DNA of 64,000 nucleotides, from NCBI GenBank assembly GCA_965243395.1, contig CBDEUS010000001.1:192001-256000 (forward strand). The letters are read 5' to 3'. The position numbers and the translations under genes were made by a program. The notes under the pieces were generated by a model that did not search any database, was not told the origin of the DNA, and worked only from the letters and a program-made list of their open reading frames with translations. Below, piece by piece: positions 22,815 to 32,987 of the stretch (its first letter is position 1; each line of letters opens with the position of its first letter). The DNA comes from Gammaproteobacteria bacterium (GTDB lineage: Bacteria; Pseudomonadota; Gammaproteobacteria; UBA4575).

Positions 22815-23897
22815 TTAGTCAGACATGGATGCAAGTAAGTCTGCTTGGTGCTCATTACGCAATGGCTGCACAATTTGATCTACATTGCCTTGCATCATTT
22901 CATCTAGTTTATAAAGTGTGAGGTTAATGCGGTGATCAGTCACACGTCCTTGTGGAAAGTTGTAAGTTCGGATACGTTCAGAACGATCGCCACTGCCTAC
23001 AAGATTACGACGCGTCGCAGCTTGCTCATCCATTTGCTTTTGTCGTTCTTGATCTAACATACGTGCACTAAGTAAAGACATTGCACGTGCTTTATTTTTA
23101 TGTTGAGAGCGTTCGTCTTGGCATTCCACCACAATGCCAGTAGGAATATGAGTTATACGAATAGCGGAGTCGGTTTTGTTTACATGTTGTCCTCCCGCTC
23201 CAGAAGCGCGAAACGTGTCAATACGTAAATCAGAATTATCAATTTCCACTTCATCAATTTCATCTACTTCAGGCATGATCGCAACTGTTGCTGCAGAAGT
23301 GTGCACTCGACCCTGAGACTCTGTTTCAGGAACACGTTGGACACGATGCGCGCCTGATTCAAACTTCAAACTTGAGAATACTTCTTTACCATTAATTTTG
23401 GCGATAATTTCTTTATAGCCGCCATGATCACCTTCATTTTGGTTGATGATTTCCACTTTCCAGCCTTTGTTTTCAGCATAGCGAGAATACATACGAAATA
23501 AATCACCGGCAAAAATCGCAGCTTCATCTCCGCCAGTACCAGCACGTATTTCTAAAAAGACATTACTTTCATCATGTGGATCTTTGGGGAGAAGTAATGT
23601 TTGTAGTTCTGCTTCGAGTTGTTCTAATCTTTCTTCAGCACTTTTGATTTCTTCTTGTGCCATGGCTTTCATCTCTTTATCAGAGTCATTGGCCATTTCT
23701 TTTGCTGTTTCTAAGTCATCTAAAGCTTGTAGATGTTCATTAAACTTAGCAACGATGGGTTCTAGTTGTGCATATTCTTTAGAAAGCTTGGTAAATTCTT
23801 GCTGGTTATTAATTACATCTGCATCAGACAGTTCAGCAGCAATTTCTTCGTGCCGTTCTTTAAGGTTTTCTAGTTTTTTTATGATGGAATCTTTCAT
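22815..23897 (-). CDS. prfA: Peptide chain release factor 1
   Basis: GTGGDEA, VPETE (PxT motif), [10 protein letters not shown]. Confidence 0.97.
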   Translation of the reverse strand: MKDSIIKKLENLKERHEEIAAELSDADVINNQQEFTKLSKEYAQLEPIVAKFNEHLQALDDLETAKEMANDSDKEMKAMAQEEIKSAEERLEQLEAELQTLLLPKDPHDESNVFLEIRAGTGGDEAAIFAGDLFRMYSRYAENKGWKVEIINQNEGDHGGYKEIIAKINGKEVFSSLKFESGAHRVQRVPETESQGRVHTSAATVAIMPEVDEIDEVEIDNSDLRIDTFRASGAGGQHVNKTDSAIRITHIPTGIVVECQDERSQHKNKARAMSLLSARMLDQERQKQMDEQAATRRNLVGSGDRSERIRTYNFPQGRVTDHRINLTLYKLDEMMQGNVDQIVQPLRNEHQADLLASMSD

Positions 23898-24037
23898 TAG
23901 CGTTTTAAAAGTTAAAAAATAATAAAATGCCCCGGTAAATTAGAGCATGGAGATATCAAGCTAGTTTAAATAGCTAATGAAAATGCAGGATACAGATGAC
24001 TAAAGTAGTCACTCTTTGAAATTTATTTGAAGGTTGT

Positions 24038-25303
24038 TTATTCATTGGGTGGGATATTTAATAAAATTCTTGCTGCATCTATCAACTCATTTTTACCTTC
24101 TTTTCCTGCAATGTGCAATGCTTCAGTTGGTTCGTGGGTAAGTTTATTGGTGAGAGTGTGGGCAAGAAACTGCAATACCTCCTCAACGGGTTTGCCTTGT
24201 TCCAGCATTTTTTGCGCTTTCTCGAGTACAATATCACGTTGAAATTCTGCTTTAGTGCGGAAAGCACGTACCGTATCAACCACACCTTGGCCACGTAACC
24301 AAAGAGCAAATTCTTCTACTTCATGGTCAATGATGCTTTCTGCTTCGTCGGCGGCTTCTTTACGTGACTTTAAGTTGTGTTCAATAACATTTTGCAAGTC
24401 ATCAATTGTATAAAGATAAACATCAGATAATTTAGCCACTTCGGGTTCTATATCTCTTGGTACTGCAAGGTCAACCATGAATATAGGTTTATGTTTACGT
24501 TGTTTTAATGCGCTTTCCACTAAACCTTTGCCTAATATTGGCAATGTGCTTGCAGTAGCCGTTATCACAATCTCAGATTTTGGTAATGCTTCACCTACAT
24601 AACTTAAACTTACTCCATGCCCGCCAACTTTGTCCGCAATCATTTGTGCACGCTCGACGCTGCGGTTTGCAACTACAATTTTTTCTATACCAGCCCCTTT
24701 TAAATGTTCTGCAGCTAGTTCAATGGTTTCGCCTGCACCTAAGAGCAATGCAGAATGGTTACTAAAATCTCCAAATATTTTTTTTGACAAAGATACTGCT
24801 GCAGATGCAACAGATACGGGGTTGGTACCAATTGCAGTGTTTGTGCGTACTTTTTTTGCAACACTAAAAGCACGTTGAAAGAGTTGATTTAAATTTCTCC
24901 CTAATGTGTCTGCCTGTACCGCATCTTGATAGGCAGATTTTAATTGCCCGAGAATTTGCGGCTCTCCTAATACCATGGAGTCGAGACCACAAGCGACCCG
25001 AAAAATATGACGCACTACGGAGTTGTCTAAATGGTCGTAAATATATGGCTGTGTGTCGTCAGAACTTAAATTGTGAAAATTATTTAGCCAACTAAGAATT
25101 TCTTCTTTACCTTCGTCTATATGATTGACTTCGCAGTAGAGTTCGGTGCGATTACAGGTAGATATAATGGCCGCTTCGTCTACTTGGGGAACTGTGATCA
25201 ATTTCTTGAGGGCATGTCCCAAATTTTGCTCGTTAATTGCCACCCGTTCCCGCACCTCGACCGGGGCAGTTGTGTGGTTGATTCCAAGTGTGAGTAAAGA
25301 CAT
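24038..25303 (-). CDS. hemA: Glutamyl-tRNA reductase
   Basis: STCNRTE, GLDSMVLGEPQILGQ, GAGET, DLAVPRD. Confidence 0.97.
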   Translation of the reverse strand: MSLLTLGINHTTAPVEVRERVAINEQNLGHALKKLITVPQVDEAAIISTCNRTELYCEVNHIDEGKEEILSWLNNFHNLSSDDTQPYIYDHLDNSVVRHIFRVACGLDSMVLGEPQILGQLKSAYQDAVQADTLGRNLNQLFQRAFSVAKKVRTNTAIGTNPVSVASAAVSLSKKIFGDFSNHSALLLGAGETIELAAEHLKGAGIEKIVVANRSVERAQMIADKVGGHGVSLSYVGEALPKSEIVITATASTLPILGKGLVESALKQRKHKPIFMVDLAVPRDIEPEVAKLSDVYLYTIDDLQNVIEHNLKSRKEAADEAESIIDHEVEEFALWLRGQGVVDTVRAFRTKAEFQRDIVLEKAQKMLEQGKPVEEVLQFLAHTLTNKLTHEPTEALHIAGKEGKNELIDAARILLNIPPNE

Positions 25304-25395
25304 GAAAGTATGTGAAAATCTGTATCGTACAGTCGTAAATTTGCCTATATCTAAGCGAGATAATTTTTGCCTAAGTACCCGTAAATTCTGTCAAA

Positions 25396-27222
25396 ATGCG
25401 TATCAATTGCTCAGATAACTACCGTAAAATTAGGTATAGTTTAATTGAGCTAGTAACACAACACAGTATATTGAAGATCAACGCCACAATTCCACGGATT
25501 CCCTACCTGACGAAGCTTGTTTTAGCAGCTATTTTGCCGGTTTTCTTGCTGACCAGCTGTGCCAGCATCTTGAGTGAGCCTGGCTCGGAGCCTGATCAGG
25601 CTATACAGATTCGTAAGCCTCAAACTGAGAAATATGATGCTCAGTCCAACCTAATGTATGAGGTATTGGTTGGTGAGCTATCGGGTCAGTTTGGGCAAGT
25701 TGAGCAGGCTTTAGAACATTATGTGAATGCTTCGCAACTCTCGGATGATCCTGCGGTAGCAGAGCGTGCCACACGTATTGCTATGTTTGCCAAAAACTGG
25801 ACGGCTGGCTTAAAGGCGGCTGCGCGTTGGGAAGAGCTGGTAGGCGAAAATTTAGAAATCAGCCAAATTCTTGGAGTGATGGAACTCCGTAATCAAAATG
25901 TTGAAGGTGCAGTACCCCATTTTGAAAAAATTATGAAAGCTGCAGACGATTCTCCAGCAAAAGGATTCAGCATTATTGGTGCAGTGCTTGCACGCGAGCC
26001 AGATTTTGAATCATCTCTTAAATTGCTTGAAATATTAGTTAATAAACATTTTGAGAATCCATACGGTCACTTAACGATGGCAAGCTTGGCATTTCAGGCC
26101 CAAGATTTTCAACGCACAATTGATGAAAGTGAAATTGCGCTTGGTTTTAAACCTGATTTGATTGAAGCACGTGCAATGCGTGCGCAAGCTTTAATGAATT
26201 TAAATGATACTGACAAAGCTCTGTCAGAAATGAAAATCATTGTTGAGGAACAGCCTGGCAATCGCGAAATGCGTATGGCGTATTCACGCATGTTGATTAA
26301 TGCTGAGCGATATGAAGAAGCAATTGATGAGTTTGAACTATTGTTATTAGAAAATCCAAATGATGGAGAGCTTATATATCGTTTAGGGTTGTTGTATTTG
26401 CAAAAAGAAGAATATGAAAACGCAAAAGGTAAATTTCAACGTTTAGTTGATCGTAAACAACGTGTTGATGAAGCGCATTACTACATTGGTCGTGCTAATG
26501 AAGAGCAAAAAAAATATGTCGATGCGATAACAGAATATGAAAAAGTTCCACAAGGTCAATATTACATCGATGCAAAAGCACGAATTGCCTCGGTTTATGC
26601 CGAACGTGACAATATTGAAAAAGCACAGAGCTACCTGAAAGATTTACGCCGTTCATTAAGTGCACCAGAAGCCATTATTGAAGTGTACTTAATTGAAGGT
26701 CAATTGCTTCATGATAAAGAGTTATACGTTGCAGCGATGGATCTTTACAGTGAAGGACTGCAAGAGTTCCCAGGCCATAGCGATTTACTTTATGCGCGAG
26801 CATTAATGGCAGAAGAAATAGACCGCATTGATTTGCTGGAGCAGGATTTAAGAACAATCCTTTCCGAAGATCCTGAAAATGCATCTGCCTTGAATGCTTT
26901 GGGTTATACCTTGGCAGATCATAATTTCAGAATAAATGAAGCACTTGGTTATATAAAGCGGGCACTTGAACTCAGACCAGATGATCCAGCAGTGATAGAT
27001 AGCATGGGTTGGGTACAGTTCAGGCTCGGAAATTTTGCAGAAGCGGAAACTTATTTACGAAAAGCATTTGCTTTGCTAGAAGATACTGAAATAGCGGGTC
27101 ATTTGGTTGAATTGCTATGGGCGCAAGGTAACTATGATGAAGCTAAAGAAGTCTTGAATGATATGCTTGAGCGCTATCCGGAAGACGAATACATATTAGA
27201 GTTACAGCAAAGACTTCAGTAA
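25396..27222 (+). CDS. TPR-repeat lipoprotein; start uncertain
   Basis: Lipobox LLTSC, many TPRs, ALNALGYTLAD...DSMGWV; usual position between hemA and lolB. Confidence 0.85.
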   Translation: MRINCSDNYRKIRYSLIELVTQHSILKINATIPRIPYLTKLVLAAILPVFLLTSCASILSEPGSEPDQAIQIRKPQTEKYDAQSNLMYEVLVGELSGQFGQVEQALEHYVNASQLSDDPAVAERATRIAMFAKNWTAGLKAAARWEELVGENLEISQILGVMELRNQNVEGAVPHFEKIMKAADDSPAKGFSIIGAVLAREPDFESSLKLLEILVNKHFENPYGHLTMASLAFQAQDFQRTIDESEIALGFKPDLIEARAMRAQALMNLNDTDKALSEMKIIVEEQPGNREMRMAYSRMLINAERYEEAIDEFELLLLENPNDGELIYRLGLLYLQKEEYENAKGKFQRLVDRKQRVDEAHYYIGRANEEQKKYVDAITEYEKVPQGQYYIDAKARIASVYAERDNIEKAQSYLKDLRRSLSAPEAIIEVYLIEGQLLHDKELYVAAMDLYSEGLQEFPGHSDLLYARALMAEEIDRIDLLEQDLRTILSEDPENASALNALGYTLADHNFRINEALGYIKRALELRPDDPAVIDSMGWVQFRLGNFAEAETYLRKAFALLEDTEIAGHLVELLWAQGNYDEAKEVLNDMLERYPEDEYILELQQRLQ

Positions 27223-27857
27223 TGAAGTGTTTATCACTTTTCCAGCATGCGTTCTGCAGACTGGGGTTCTCAATTATAATTTTGTTTATGTTTTCTGCAT
27301 GTGTCACTGTTGAAAAGCATACTATGCCTGTCGATTCTGAAATTAATCAGCAGGCATTGTGGGAAACTCATAAAGCAACTATGCAAACATTGGATAATTG
27401 GAATCTCAAAGGCCGTGTTGCAGGTAAATCAAATAATGAAGGCTTTCGCGCTGGAGTGCATTGGCAACAATTGCAACATGATTTTGTCATTGATTTGCAT
27501 GGCCCATTGGGGCGTAAAGTCGCTGTAATAACTGGTAAACCAGGCAATGTACAGTTAAATACTTCCAAAGGTGAGAGTTATGAAGCGGATGACCCAGAAA
27601 CGTTGCTGCAAGAATTGCTTGGTTATTCGCTTCCTGTAAATGGTTTGCGATATTGGTTATTAGGTGTTCCTGATCCAAAACAGGCTAACTCATTCGAATT
27701 AGATGAAAAAGGCCGATTAATACAACTTAATCAGACGGGATGGTTAATCAATTACAAACGCTATCATGAAGATACACCTGCACTACCGGCATTGATTCAG
27801 ATTTCAAATTTAAATTTGAATGCAAATATAAAAATCGATCATTGGCAGCTCAATTAA
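27222..27857 (+). CDS. lolB: Outer-membrane lipoprotein chaperone LolB
   Basis: Lipobox FSAC, WNLKGRV, LPVNGLRYWLLGVP; synteny. Confidence 0.9.
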   Translation: MKCLSLFQHAFCRLGFSIIILFMFSACVTVEKHTMPVDSEINQQALWETHKATMQTLDNWNLKGRVAGKSNNEGFRAGVHWQQLQHDFVIDLHGPLGRKVAVITGKPGNVQLNTSKGESYEADDPETLLQELLGYSLPVNGLRYWLLGVPDPKQANSFELDEKGRLIQLNQTGWLINYKRYHEDTPALPALIQISNLNLNANIKIDHWQLN

Positions 27858-27890
27858 CTTAACGCAAAATTTTAATTCGTTGAAGTAGTA

Positions 27891-28757
27891 ATGCAGAATT
27901 GGCTTGCACCTGCAAAGATAAATCTTTTTTTACATATCGTTGGTCAGCGAGATGACGGCTACCATTTACTTCAAACAGTTATCCAGTTTGTTGATCTTTG
28001 CGATCAACTTGAGTTCAGTTTACGTTCTGATTCCAAAATAAACTGTAAAAATTCAATTAATTCCATTTCTCCACGAGATGATTTGTGTGTACAGGCTGCA
28101 AAACTATTACAAAGTCAAATCTCTGACAATCAAGGTGTCGATATCAATGTGAAAAAAGTGATTCCGCTCGGTGCTGGTATGGGGGGTGGCAGTTCAGATG
28201 CGGCCACTACATTACTGGCTTTAAATGAGTTATGGGATTGTCAAATGAGCTTGGCACAGCTTGAGGATTTGGGTAAGCAATTGGGGGCAGACGTACCGGT
28301 ATTTATTAGGGGTCATTCCTGTTGGGTGGAAGGAATCGGTGAACAGTTAACGCCCATCGAGCTGTCAGAAAATTGGTATGTCATCGTATATCCAAATGTA
28401 CATTTAGATACAAGTGAGATGTTTGCAGATAAGGAATTGACACGCAATTGCGCTCCGCTCAAAATACGCGACTTCTCAATGGTGAGTGATGCAGAACAGG
28501 CTGATTTTGGCAACACAGAAAATGTATTTGAAAATATTGCGCGTCGTTATCCTGCAATAGACAGTGCGTTTCGATGGCTTGATCAGTATGCATCTGCGAG
28601 ACTAACAGGTTCGGGAAGTGCATTATTCGCGAGCTGCCAAACTAAACAACAAGCAGAAACTATTGCTGCAAAATGTGCAACCGAATTTACAGTTTATGTA
28701 GCGAAAGGAATAAATGAGTCACCAGTTATTTCGTTAAGCGAGTATAATTACGCATAA
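27891..28757 (+). CDS. ispE: 4-diphosphocytidyl-2C-methyl-D-erythritol kinase
   Basis: PAKINLFL, GAGMGGGSSDAA, LGADVP, LTGSGS. Confidence 0.96.
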   Translation: MQNWLAPAKINLFLHIVGQRDDGYHLLQTVIQFVDLCDQLEFSLRSDSKINCKNSINSISPRDDLCVQAAKLLQSQISDNQGVDINVKKVIPLGAGMGGGSSDAATTLLALNELWDCQMSLAQLEDLGKQLGADVPVFIRGHSCWVEGIGEQLTPIELSENWYVIVYPNVHLDTSEMFADKELTRNCAPLKIRDFSMVSDAEQADFGNTENVFENIARRYPAIDSAFRWLDQYASARLTGSGSALFASCQTKQQAETIAAKCATEFTVYVAKGINESPVISLSEYNYA

Positions 28758-28782
28758 CACTTACAGTAGGGGGACAAGTTAT

Positions 28783-28857
28783 TGGGCCGTCGCCAAGTGG
28801 TAAGGCACCGGGTTTTGATCCCGGCATTCGCAGGTTCGAATCCTGCCGGCCCAGCCA
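28783..28857 (+). tRNA. tRNA-Gln(TTG)
   Basis: TGGGCCG/CGGCCCA acceptor stem, anticodon loop TTTTGAT, GGTTCGAATCC, CCA end; 75 nt. Confidence 0.97.
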
Positions 28858-29056
28858 GTTTTTAGATAAAAAACTTACCGCTTTCTTTCATACTTTAAAT
28901 TATAACTGCTTCTGACTGAAAGCGGACAAATTCGCAGTAGATTTAGATCCATAAATTATTAAATGAAAGATAAAGGCTCTAAAGAAAATACATGATTAGT
29001 AAAATTCAATAACTTCACCTTTTATTAAATAATAACTAAAAAGAATAAACGAAAAT

Positions 29057-29923
29057 ATGCAAGCAGATTTACTTACTAAAGTAATTCTTCCAGTCTCTCT
29101 TTTCTGCATAATGTTTGGGATTGGCATTTCTTTAAGGCCAATAGATTTTAAGAAGATTCTTACATCACCAAAAGTGGTAGCCATAGGTATTTGCGCCCAA
29201 ATGCTTTTACTGCCATTGATTGCTTTTGTTGTTGCTAAAGCTCTAAAGCTGCCGCCAGAAATTGCTGTAGGTCTAATTATTATTGCGTTAGCTCCAGGAG
29301 GAGCTACATCAAATATGTTCACTTATTTATCTAAGGGCGATGTGTCTTTATCCATCACCTTAACCGCAATTGTAAGTTTAATTGCGCCGTTCAGTATTCC
29401 TGTTCTTGTTGGTTTGAGTATGGTTTATTTTCTGGGTAGCAATACAACATTTAATTTGCCGATTATTGAAACGATTATTCAATTGTTAGTGATTACAGTT
29501 ATTCCCGTTGTATTAGGTATGTTCGTCTTGTCGCGCTGGGAGATTCTCGCAAAAAAAATTGAGCCTATTATCAAGTGGCTTTCAATCTTATTCTTGATAT
29601 TGATTATTGTTTTAATTGTATTAAAAAATTATGCAAACATGCCTAGTTATTTTTCACAAGCAGGTTTAGCAACATTATTACTTAATTTCACTGCTTTAAT
29701 TTTAGGGTACCTACTTGCTAAATTGGCAAAACTTTTACATTCTCAGGCCATAACAATTGGTTTTGAGGTTGGTATTCAGAATGGAACGTTGGCCCTGGTT
29801 GTTGCTGGAACATTAATTGGCAATGAAGTCATGATGATTCCAGCCGTTACGTATTCATTGATTATGTTTTTTAGTGGTGCTTTATTTGGCTGGTGGATGA
29901 ATAAGCGAGCACATTTTGAATAG
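29057..29923 (+). CDS. Bile acid:sodium symporter family transporter
   Basis: PGGATSN and EVGIQNG motifs, multiple TM helices. Confidence 0.9.
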   Translation: MQADLLTKVILPVSLFCIMFGIGISLRPIDFKKILTSPKVVAIGICAQMLLLPLIAFVVAKALKLPPEIAVGLIIIALAPGGATSNMFTYLSKGDVSLSITLTAIVSLIAPFSIPVLVGLSMVYFLGSNTTFNLPIIETIIQLLVITVIPVVLGMFVLSRWEILAKKIEPIIKWLSILFLILIIVLIVLKNYANMPSYFSQAGLATLLLNFTALILGYLLAKLAKLLHSQAITIGFEVGIQNGTLALVVAGTLIGNEVMMIPAVTYSLIMFFSGALFGWWMNKRAHFE

Positions 29924-30013
29924 AGCAATACGAGTGTTTTTGATCCTGGCTGGTATAACAAACCCTGCCTGTCCAGCCAAGATATAGTCTATGTAATAGA
30001 AAGTTGGCGGTAC

Positions 30014-32566
30014 TTAGTTTATGTCTTCTCTTACGATACTTTTATATTTTCTCAAAATATTTCTTTTTTGCGCTTCATTTTTCCCCAAGTCTAGAACTTT
30101 ATAAACATGCATGAGATAGCCTGCATAAACAAAATTATGATCATGTTTAGGAATATTAATTAAATATGGATCATTTATAGAGGGCGATGTTTGATATACC
30201 TGTTCATAGAATTTAATTAATTGTGAAGTATTAAACCATTTTTCTTGCTGAGCATTTCTTTGCCGATGTGCTATCGGCGCTTGATATTCAATAACAGGAT
30301 GATCATCAACATTGATTGGATAGTGTTCGAATATATTTTGTGAGATAGACAGGTTGCCAATGTAATATTGAAGTAATCGATCAGTTGTTAAAGGATATGG
30401 CCCCTCAGCAATTGTAGTGCTGTCCGTTTCAGTAAAAGAGTTATCTTTAATTTGTGAAATTCTTTTTCTAACAGATTGAAGATTAATTTTCGCTTGACCT
30501 GTATGGCCAACGAGTAGTGCGATAGGTTTGGTTGGGTGAAATTTTCCACGCCACAATGTAACTTGTGGAAATACTTGCAGCATTGTTTTTGCGATTATTG
30601 CAAATTCATTTTCAGATAATTGAAATAATGGCAGCCACTGCGCATAAAATCCGTTTTCATTTAGACGTAGCTTCGCAGTTTCATAATGTTCCTGTGTATA
30701 TAAGCTACCTGTCCCGGCTTTATAAGGTACAAATAAATCTGCGATAATCACATCATATCTTTCATCTGTACCGAGCAGATAATTTCGACCGTCTTCTGCA
30801 AAAATGGATACTCGTTTATCTTGAAATAGATTGTTTAAGTATCCTGTGAAGTATTTATTTGAAGCTTCAATTACATCCGGGATTAATTCAGTTACTACTA
30901 CGCTTTCAACCGGGTGACGTAAAGCAGCACCAGCGGTGATACCTGTACCCATTCCAAGGAAATATACAGATTTTGGGTTTTCATGCATAAGCAAAGGTAG
31001 GTGTGCTTGTCGTTCTTCATGATTACGAGCATCAGTTCCGCCTAAGCTATAAAAATTATTAACTTTTATGCGTAGAGAATTTATGCGTTTGACTACACTA
31101 ACTGTTGCGGCACTTCCATCAAACACTTCAACTAATTCCACAGGTACATTGTTCACAGTACGTAATGTAACGAGAGGAAGTTCTGAGTAATTTGTAATTA
31201 GAATTAAAACAAGCGCGATAGCTTGAAATAGAATAGTTTTGAATAGCTTAATATTGCTTATTAAGACTATAACTATAGTAACAATTAAGTAAATAGCTGA
31301 AAAAAGTTTAACACTTGTCCATAAGCCAAAGATTTCTAAAAATATAAATCCAGCAACAATTGATCCTACAACAGCACCGATGGTGTTAATGGAGGCGATA
31401 TTGCCAATAATTTGTCCGCTAGCAAGCGGCTGTGATTCACATACTTTTATCAGATATGGAAATACTATTCCAAGGAGAATAATCGGAATGAAAGTAACGC
31501 TAGCAATGAGTATGAATACACTTAAAGTATATTCTATCCAACTTTGATTGGAACCAAAGTAACTTAAATTGTCGGTAGCAAATATAAATAAGTATGGTGT
31601 TGCAACCACTAATAAACTAGAAATAGTAATAACTAAAAAAATAGCAGTCGTATGTTGCTTTACTCGTGCTAGTAGAGCCCTGGCGATTATGCTGCCTATT
31701 GAAAGTGAAATTAAAAATACAATTAAAATAGTCGAGAATGTATATACGGAATTATGCAGAACCTGAGCGAACATTCGTGTCCAAAGCACCTGCATGCCCA
31801 ACGTTACAACGCCTGAAATAAATGCAAGTGTTAATATCGATTTATTTGAAAGCTTAATTCTCACAGCCTCGGGACTGTCGCTCTCGCTCTGTATTTCTGC
31901 CTTAGTTGATGAGTCTTTGGGTTTAAAAAAATAATCGTATAGAAACGCAAACAACCCAACCATTAAGGTGATTGCTACCGCTGAAAGATAAGAGTATGTA
32001 TAACCAAAATATTTGGGCAATAAAAATCCTGCTACAAATGCACCCAGTGAAGCACCAATAATGTTTATGGCATAGATAACGGATACATGTTTACCAAGGG
32101 TAGATTTATTGCGGACTAAGTATTGACTTATTGCCGGGAGGGTTCCGCCCATAAAAAATGCTGGAGGAAATAATATAACTAAAGCAAGTATAAATTTAAC
32201 AAGCAAAAACGCCCAATGTCCTGAGCCAAAAGTATTGAATAGAATAGGATATAAATAATTATAAAGATCAGACAATAAAAAGTAGAGAAGAGCGCTAATA
32301 GCAACGAAGAATTCTAGAAACGCGTAAATGCGTAGTGGTTTTTGTATTCTAGAAAGAAATTTTCCTAATACAAAACTTCCACATCCTATGCCTATAAAAA
32401 AAGCTGAAAGTGTTGTCGAAGCAGCATGAGCCGTATTGCCAAATATTAATCCTAACTCTTTCATCCACAGGACTTCGTATACCAGGCCTGTAAAGCCAGA
32501 GGTGAAAAAGAAGATTGAAACGATTACAAAATCGAGCTTGGGTGAAACGATACGTAATGTGCCCAT
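30014..32566 (-). CDS. Fused membrane (MFS-like)/spermidine synthase-like protein
   Basis: SGFTGLVYEVLW, about 13 TM helices, then LGMGTGIT, EDGRNYL, YDVIIAD. Confidence 0.85.
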   Translation of the reverse strand: MGTLRIVSPKLDFVIVSIFFFTSGFTGLVYEVLWMKELGLIFGNTAHAASTTLSAFFIGIGCGSFVLGKFLSRIQKPLRIYAFLEFFVAISALLYFLLSDLYNYLYPILFNTFGSGHWAFLLVKFILALVILFPPAFFMGGTLPAISQYLVRNKSTLGKHVSVIYAINIIGASLGAFVAGFLLPKYFGYTYSYLSAVAITLMVGLFAFLYDYFFKPKDSSTKAEIQSESDSPEAVRIKLSNKSILTLAFISGVVTLGMQVLWTRMFAQVLHNSVYTFSTILIVFLISLSIGSIIARALLARVKQHTTAIFLVITISSLLVVATPYLFIFATDNLSYFGSNQSWIEYTLSVFILIASVTFIPIILLGIVFPYLIKVCESQPLASGQIIGNIASINTIGAVVGSIVAGFIFLEIFGLWTSVKLFSAIYLIVTIVIVLISNIKLFKTILFQAIALVLILITNYSELPLVTLRTVNNVPVELVEVFDGSAATVSVVKRINSLRIKVNNFYSLGGTDARNHEERQAHLPLLMHENPKSVYFLGMGTGITAGAALRHPVESVVVTELIPDVIEASNKYFTGYLNNLFQDKRVSIFAEDGRNYLLGTDERYDVIIADLFVPYKAGTGSLYTQEHYETAKLRLNENGFYAQWLPLFQLSENEFAIIAKTMLQVFPQVTLWRGKFHPTKPIALLVGHTGQAKINLQSVRKRISQIKDNSFTETDSTTIAEGPYPLTTDRLLQYYIGNLSISQNIFEHYPINVDDHPVIEYQAPIAHRQRNAQQEKWFNTSQLIKFYEQVYQTSPSINDPYLINIPKHDHNFVYAGYLMHVYKVLDLGKNEAQKRNILRKYKSIVREDIN

Positions 32567-32987
32567 GAGTAGATATTAGATATGTTTTTTAAAGGTTTTG
32601 AATATTGCTGAATAAGCTTTGTACTGATGCAGTCTAGTTTCGCTTGATTATCATGCTAAATAATATTTTCTGTGAGTTATAGCACTGATATACTATCCAC
32701 AATACAATAAACTATATATAAATACATATTTTAGGAGCGGGTATCAATTAGCAGGCTTCATGCTTCTATTAACTAATTGAACAATAATAAGGTTCCAAGA
32801 TAGCATGAAGTGGGCTGGGCCTGTCAGTTTTAATTTAAAAACTAATCGTTCTCATATAAAAATAATTATTTACCGAACCTAATTTCAATAGTCTTTAGCT
32901 ATATATCAATGACTCTTAGTTAGATTTGGTAAGTTATATATTTTATAAACCTGTTCTTATAAAATTTTAAAAATATATAGAGAATAG